From the NCBI RefSeq assembly GCF_009914755.1, contig NC_060926.1: a stretch of DNA of 64,000 bases; one strand, written 5' to 3'. The translations under genes were made by a program, and so were the position numbers. The stretch is from the human T2T-CHM13v2.0 reference genome, Homo sapiens. Shown here piece after piece: positions 55,801 through 64,000 of this stretch (its first letter is position 1; each line of letters begins with the position of its first letter). Below the pieces are notes generated by a model, which worked only from the letters and a program-made list of their open reading frames with translations, was not told the origin of the DNA and searched no databases.

Positions 55801-57962
55801 GACATCATTAGTTCAAAATGTCTTCTGTCATAGCAGTGGCATATCATGTTGAGAAGTTATTGTGAGACATACCAACTTGAACTGTCATTCAATAGCAGGA
55901 AAGAATACTGTTATTTTTATTCAATAGTATTTTTAATGTTAATCTTCAGTATTTTTATTATTATATACTTATTGTGGTGCACTATTAAATTTATCAGCCC
56001 CTCAAACTAATGGATTAGTAGTTAAACAAGCTTATTTACCAAAAACGATTAATCCTACGATAACTTGAAGAAAGACTTAAGGTATGCTTCCAGTATTGTT
56101 CAAAGTCAAAAGAATCAAGAGGACAGAAAGTGAAGCATAAAACATACAAATAGTAGGTGTATTAAACCCAACGCCAGCAATTTAGTTCCAGCAAAATATC
56201 ATTTATCACACTGATGTTTTCTATATGAACTCTAGTGGCTTTTGTATGTTTGCTTGTTTTTAATTTGCAGCTTTGCTTGAGTTTTGAAGTAATTTAAGAG
56301 CTATATGTATGGGAAATTTATATCTGTTCATTTTGAAGTAACACAATAAAAATAATGTAGAGCAACAGTAGGATTTTATGGGAGGTTTTTTTTATCTTTT
56401 AAACATTATTCAAGCTTAAAAAATCTATGACAGAGAATTAATGGGAGGCTTTTATGTCTACTCTTTCAGTCTCAGGCTAACTGGGCCATAACACCTCTTC
56501 AGGCTGGGGTTGGGGTAATGGAAGCAATTAATGAAAGACAAGGAAAGAAATCGGGGATGAGTTAGATATTTGTGGACCAGTTCATCCTCTGAATGTGGAT
56601 AACTACTACTTAGTCACAATCTTGGTGAATTTTGTTTTATTTTGAAAATCTAATATTAGGATATCTGAGTTCTAAGAAAACCAGGAGAGACTTGTAAGTG
56701 TTGACAAAACTTAATAGAGTAAAAGTAGATATTGGGGTAGGCGCAGAAAACTGGAAATTTAGGTTCATAGAACTGAGGTGAAATGTGTGTGTGACTGGAA
56801 CAAACCTGTGTGTGTGTGTGTGTGTGTGAGCTTGTGTATTCATGGTGAAGTTCTCAATAAATTTGCCTACAATTGTGTGTGGCTGGTGGATGGGCTGTCT
56901 GGATGAATGGCATCACCCATGCACCAGACTTCTTTCCCTAAAAGTGTTTGTTCTGGGGGCTTTCCTGGTTGTCTCAGGTGTAAGTTCAGATGTACTCTAG
57001 GATTTTCTTGAGGTAGAAAACAAGATTCCATGACTGCTTTTCAGGACTGTTACTTTCCATTGCAACCAAATGTTGGAGTGACCATCGTGCTAGCGGGAGG
57101 CCAGCACTCTTTCTACTACCTCTCTCACTGTTTATTTCAGTTCTTTCTTGATTGCTGTAAACACATGTATGGCATGGACAGCCAGGTCTTGGTCAGGGTT
57201 AATCTAGGAAGGGTGAAAGGCAAAGTGAATCCAGATAGATAGATGTCATTAGAGTGAGAATGCCAGGGATTAATGGCATTTGTGACTTCATGGGGCCTCA
57301 GATAGCCACTTTCCAATTTTATGAATGGATACTACATTTACATAGAAAAACAGCATCTGCTCTCCCCAGTGCTTAGCGGTGATCAGTGTAAGTCTTGGAA
57401 TGCCAGAGGGTGATCAACTGATGCTTTTAGCTGCTTGTAGTTCCTCCGTGTACTGGTCAGCTACAGGGTGGGAGTTCTCTGATATACAGAAACATGCCAC
57501 GGATGCTGTGGAATGGACTCCTCCAGATGCAGTAACAGGGTGATAGTGCAAGTGCATTATCTGTTCAATGAGCAGCAGCAGTACTACAGGCTTAGGACCC
57601 GTTCAATACATTCTCCCTGACTCTATCAGCGAGTGATGGGTGGAACAAAGGTGAACTGGAAAATGGAGAGGCTTTGAGTAATACCTTCCAAAATAAGAAT
57701 ACAAATTGAGATCTGAGGTTTTCCTACTCTACGTTCTTACGATAACCCATAGTTTTCTTTTGTTACCTATAATAGTTTATAATGACATATTTATGCATTT
57801 ATTTGGTTAATGTCTATCATATATCCTATATTTTAAGCTATATAAGGCCAGGAATTGTAGGTACTTTTATTTACCAGGGATCCCAGTGGCTAATACAGTG
57901 CCTGAATGTGTGGGTTTTTTACAAATTCTTTAAGAGTGACCCACTACTATTTCTGATTATAA

Positions 57963-58345
57963 GTATTAGTCATCTTGTTGCTGCATAACAGATTACCCCA
58001 AAATTTAGCAGCTTAAAACAACATATATTTATTATCTTACAGTTTCTGTGGGTCAGGAATTTGGGAGTGACTTAGCTAAGTGGTTCTGATATTAGTTAGG
58101 CTGCAGCCATTGAAGGCTTGACTGGGGTTGGAGGATACACTTCTTAGAAGGCTCATTCACATGAATGCTAGTAGAAAGTTTCAGTTCCTTTGCTGCTTAT
58201 TGGTGGGAGGCCTCAATTTTTAACCACATGCATGACTTCATAGGGCTGCTTGAGTGTCCTTATGACATGACAGGTAGCTTTTTCTGGAGTAAGTAGTATG
58301 GGGATGCAAGGAGAGAGGGAGAGACAGGAGGAAGAAGCAATACTT
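57963..58345 (-). mobile_element. MLT1 LTR
   Basis: gtattagtcatcttgttgctgcataacagattaccccaaaatttagcagcttaaaacaac...gggtcaggaatttgggag. Confidence 0.75.
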
Positions 58346-58349
58346 CTAT

Positions 58350-60270
<1,921 letters not shown>

Positions 60271-60327
60271 TTGTTATAGTTCAGATATTTGCCCTACCCA
60301 AATCTCATGTTGAAATGTAATCCCCCT

Positions 60328-63300
60328 GGGGGGTGGGGACAAGATGGCCAACTAGAAACAGCAGTGTTCGAGGCTCCCATTGAAAAAAACCATAATAAGC
60401 ATGTGAATGTTTCCCTGGCAACCAAGGTATCCAGGTTCTCTCATCAAAATTGACTAGAAGGCTGGCGTGACCCACAGAGAGAGGGAAGAACAGTGCAGTG
60501 TGGTGGCCCACCTGAGAACCACATGGGGTAGGGGTGGCGGTGAGTGAGAGTGCTACACAGCCGGGGAAACTGCTTTTTCCATGGAACTGTGCAACCTATG
60601 GATCGGAAGATCCCACTCGTGAACCCATGCCACTGGGGCCTAGTGTTCCAACCCCAGAACGTGCAGATTCTTACAGCCTCTCAGCTGGAATCAGCTTAAG
60701 CCTACCAAACTCCCAGGAGGAGGGGTGACCAGCACCATGGCTGTGGCTGCCTGCTGTCTAAACTGTTTGAGCACCTTGGGGGAGGGGCAGCAGCCAGCAT
60801 TGGGACTGGCAACTACCTAATATGGTAAGCTTCCTGGGTGGGGGAAGGGTGGAACCCATTTCTATAGCTCCAGTCTGCGCCTTTCCCCTGCTGGAGCCAG
60901 GGAGGCTGGATGGCTTGATCCCAAGACTTGTCCCCACAGCCCAACACACTGGATGTGGTAGTTTGCAGCCAGAGTATGTCTTCAGGCCTGACCCTGCCTG
61001 ACCCATCCTTCCCCATTAGGTGGGGGTTTCCTGCAGGAATGCCAATAACTCCAGCCAGAGGCTCAGGGACAGAATCCGAATCTCCCTGGGCCTGAACCCC
61101 TAGGGGAAGGGGTGGCTGCAGTCTCTGTGGACCCGCAGACTTATCCTCTCCTCCTGGTAGTTCTGAGGAATCCGGGCAGCCTAGATGAGTGGGTTTCCCG
61201 CGAGTGAAGCACACTCCCTCCACCAATGGACAAAGTGCCTCTTTAAATGGGTTCTGTTTCCTGTGCCACCCAACTGGGGGAGCCCCTCCAACAGGGGTTG
61301 TCAGACACCCTATACAGGAGCGATCCTACTGGCATCAGGTTGGTGCCCCTCGAGGTCAGAGGTCTCAGAAGAAGGAGGAGGCACCCATCTTTGCTGTTCT
61401 CCAGCCTCCTTAAATGACATCTCCAAACACGGGAGTGAATTAGATGAATAGGGCCTGAAGTGAACCCCCGGCAAACTGCAGCAGCCCTACAGAAGAGAGA
61501 CCTGACTATTGAAAGAAAAACAAACAAGCAGAAAGCAACAACAAGAGCATCAACAACAGCAACAAAAAGCCCCCACAAAAACCCCATCCAAGGGTCAGTG
61601 GGCTCAAAGACTGAAACTAGACAAATTCACGAAGATGAGAAAGAATCAACAAAAATGCTGAAAACCCAAAAAGCCAGAGTGTCTCTTCTCCTCCAAATGA
61701 TCGCAATGTCTCTCCATCAAGGGTGCAGAACTGGACGGAGCATCAGATGGATGACTTGACAGAAGTAGGCTTCAGAAGATGGGTAATAAAAAACTACACT
61801 GAGCTCAAGGGGCATGTTCTAACTCAATGTAAAGAAGCTAAGAGCCTTGGTGAAAGGTCAGAGGAATTGCTAACTAGAATAACCAGTTTAGAGAGGAACA
61901 TAAATGACCTGACGGAGCTGAAAAAAACAGCACAAGAACCTCATGAAGCATATACAAGTATCTACAGCTAAACTGACCAAGCAGAAGAAAGGATTTCAGA
62001 GTTTGAAGACTGCCTTGCAGAAATAAGGCATGCAGACAAGAATAGAGAAAAAAGAATGAAAGGGACTTCCTAAAAAGACTGAACCTGCAATTGATTGATT
62101 GGAGTACCAGAAGGAGATGAGGAGAATGGAAATGAGCTGGAAAACACACCTCAAGATATTATCCAAGAGAACTTCCCTAACCTAGCAAGATAGGCCAACG
62201 TGCAAATTCAGGAAATACAGAGAACACCATTAAGATACTCCATGAGAAGATCAGCCCCAAGACACATGATCGTCAGATTCTCCAAGGTCAAAAAGAAGGA
62301 AAAACTGTTAAGGGCAGCCAGAGACAAAGGCCAGGTCACCTACAAAGGGAAGCCCATCAGACTAACAGCGGACCTGTCAGCAGAAACTCTATCAGCCAGA
62401 AGAGACTGGGGGCCAATATTCAACATTCTTAAAGAAAAGAATTTTCTACCCAGAATTTCATATCCAGCCAAACTAAGCTTCATAAGTGAAGGAGAAATAA
62501 AATCCTTTACAGACAAGCAAATGCTGAGGGATTTTGTTACCACCAGGCCTGCCCTGCAAGAGCTCCTGAAAGAAGTACTAAATATGTTAAGGAAAAACCA
62601 GTACTAGCCACTGCAAAAACACACCAAAATATAAAGAGCAATGACACTATGAAGAAACTGCATCGACTAGTGTGTAAAATAACCAAATAGCATCATGATG
62701 ACAGGATCAGATTCACACACAACAATACCAACCTTAAATGTAAATGGGGCAAATGCCCAAATTAAAAGACATAGACTGGCAAATTGGATAAAGAGTAAAG
62801 ACCCATTGGTGTGCTGTATTCAGGAGACCCATCTTATGTGCAAAGACACACATAGGCTCAAAATAAAAAGATGGAGGAAAATTTACCAAGCAAATGGAAA
62901 GCAAACAAAACAAAACAAACAAACAAAAAACAAAAAAGCAGGGTTGCAATCCTAGTCTCAGACAAAACAGACTTTAAACCAACAAAGATTAAAAAAGACA
63001 AAAAAGGGCATTACATAACGGTAAAGGGAACAATTCAACAAGAAGAGCTAACTATTCTAAATATATATACACCGGATACAGGAGCTCCCAGATTCATAAA
63101 ACGAGTTCTTAGAGACCTTCAAGGAGACTTAGACTCCCACACAATAATAGTGGGAGACTTTAACACCCCACTGTCAGTATTAGACAGATCAGTGAGACAG
63201 AAAATTAGGAAGGATATTCAGGACTTGAACTCAGCTCGGAACCAAGTGGACCTAGTAGACGTCTACAGAACTCTCCGCCCCAAATCAACAGAATATACAT

Positions 63301-63789
63301 TCTTTCAGTGCCACATGACACTTACTCCAAAATCGACCACATAATTGGAAGTGAAACACTCCTCAGCAAATGCAAAAGAACTGAAATCATAACAAACAGT
63401 CTCTCAGACCATAAAGCAATAAAATTAGAACTCAGGATTAAGGAAATGCACTCAAAACCACACAATTACATGGAAATTGAACAACCTGCTCCTGAAGGAC
63501 TTTGGGTAAATAAGGAAATTAAGGCAGAAATCAAGAAGTTCTTTGAAACCAATGAGAAAGAGACAATGTACCAGAATCATATACAAAAATCAACTCAAGA
63601 TTGATTAAAGACTAAAATGTAAAATCTAAATCTATAAAAACTCTGGGAGACAACCTAGGGAATATCATTCTGGACATAGGACCAGGTAAAGATTTCATGA
63701 CGAAGATGCCAAAAGCAGTTGCAACAAAACCAAAAATTGACCAATGGTCAATTAAACGAAAGAACTTCTGCACAGCAAAATAAACTCCC
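60328..63789 (+). mobile_element. Old primate L1PA (PA8-PA10-like) with 5' UTR, decayed ORF1 (~61635-62607) and ORF2 from 62695 with a large internal deletion
   Basis: G-rich start and YY1 motif AAGATGGCC at 60341; ORF1 peptide KGKPIRLTADLSAETL; endonuclease peptides TLNVNG, CIQETHL, IVGDFNTPLS, SDHKAIKL; multiple frameshifts; preceded by an MST LTR stub at 60272-60326. Confidence 0.92.
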
Positions 63790-64000
63790 AGCCAGGCATG
63801 GTGGCTCATGGTTGTAATCCCAGCACTTTGGGAGGCCGAGGCAGGTGGATCACTTGAGGCCAGGAGTTCAAGACCAGTCTGAACCCCATCTCCACTTAAA
63901 AAAAAAAAAAAATTAACCGGTGTGTGGTGGCGTGCACCTGTAATCCCAGCTACTCAGGTGGCTGGGGCATGAGAATTACTTGAACCCAGGAGGTAGAGGT
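63790..64000 (+). mobile_element. Alu cut by the window end
   Basis: gccaggcatggtggctcatggttgtaatcccagcactttggg. Confidence 0.92.

Noticed and set aside
62200-63604. ORF1 and endonuclease-like ORFs as an active retroelement or novel nuclease
   Set aside because: Frameshifted, stop-interrupted fossil L1 lacking the RT region

Overview
Primate, most likely human, genomic DNA from the HK2 locus (2p12-p13 by recall). Bases 1-~6226 hold the last three coding exons of hexokinase 2 on the + strand (780-935, 2122-2355, 3674-3818) and its ~2.4 kb 3' UTR. The remaining ~58 kb is repeat-dense and shows no supportable protein-coding gene. It contains a two-LTR MER4-group ERV1 provirus (8470-14363; CCTT target-site duplication; tRNA-Ser primer site) that carries a CCA-tailed tRNA-Glu copy, a long AT-rich palindrome and a MER41 LTR retaining one GAS motif. 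It also contains solo LTR7 and LTR1 elements, a THE1 element, many Alu/L1/L2/MIR/MLT/DNA-transposon fragments, a CpG-rich island with a full CTCF motif followed by candidate lncRNA exons, and a 5'-intact old L1PA lacking its RT region. No prokaryotic-type system, CRISPR array or foreign insert was seen. Repeat family names come from recalled consensus sequences, not a database search, and old-repeat boundaries are approximate.
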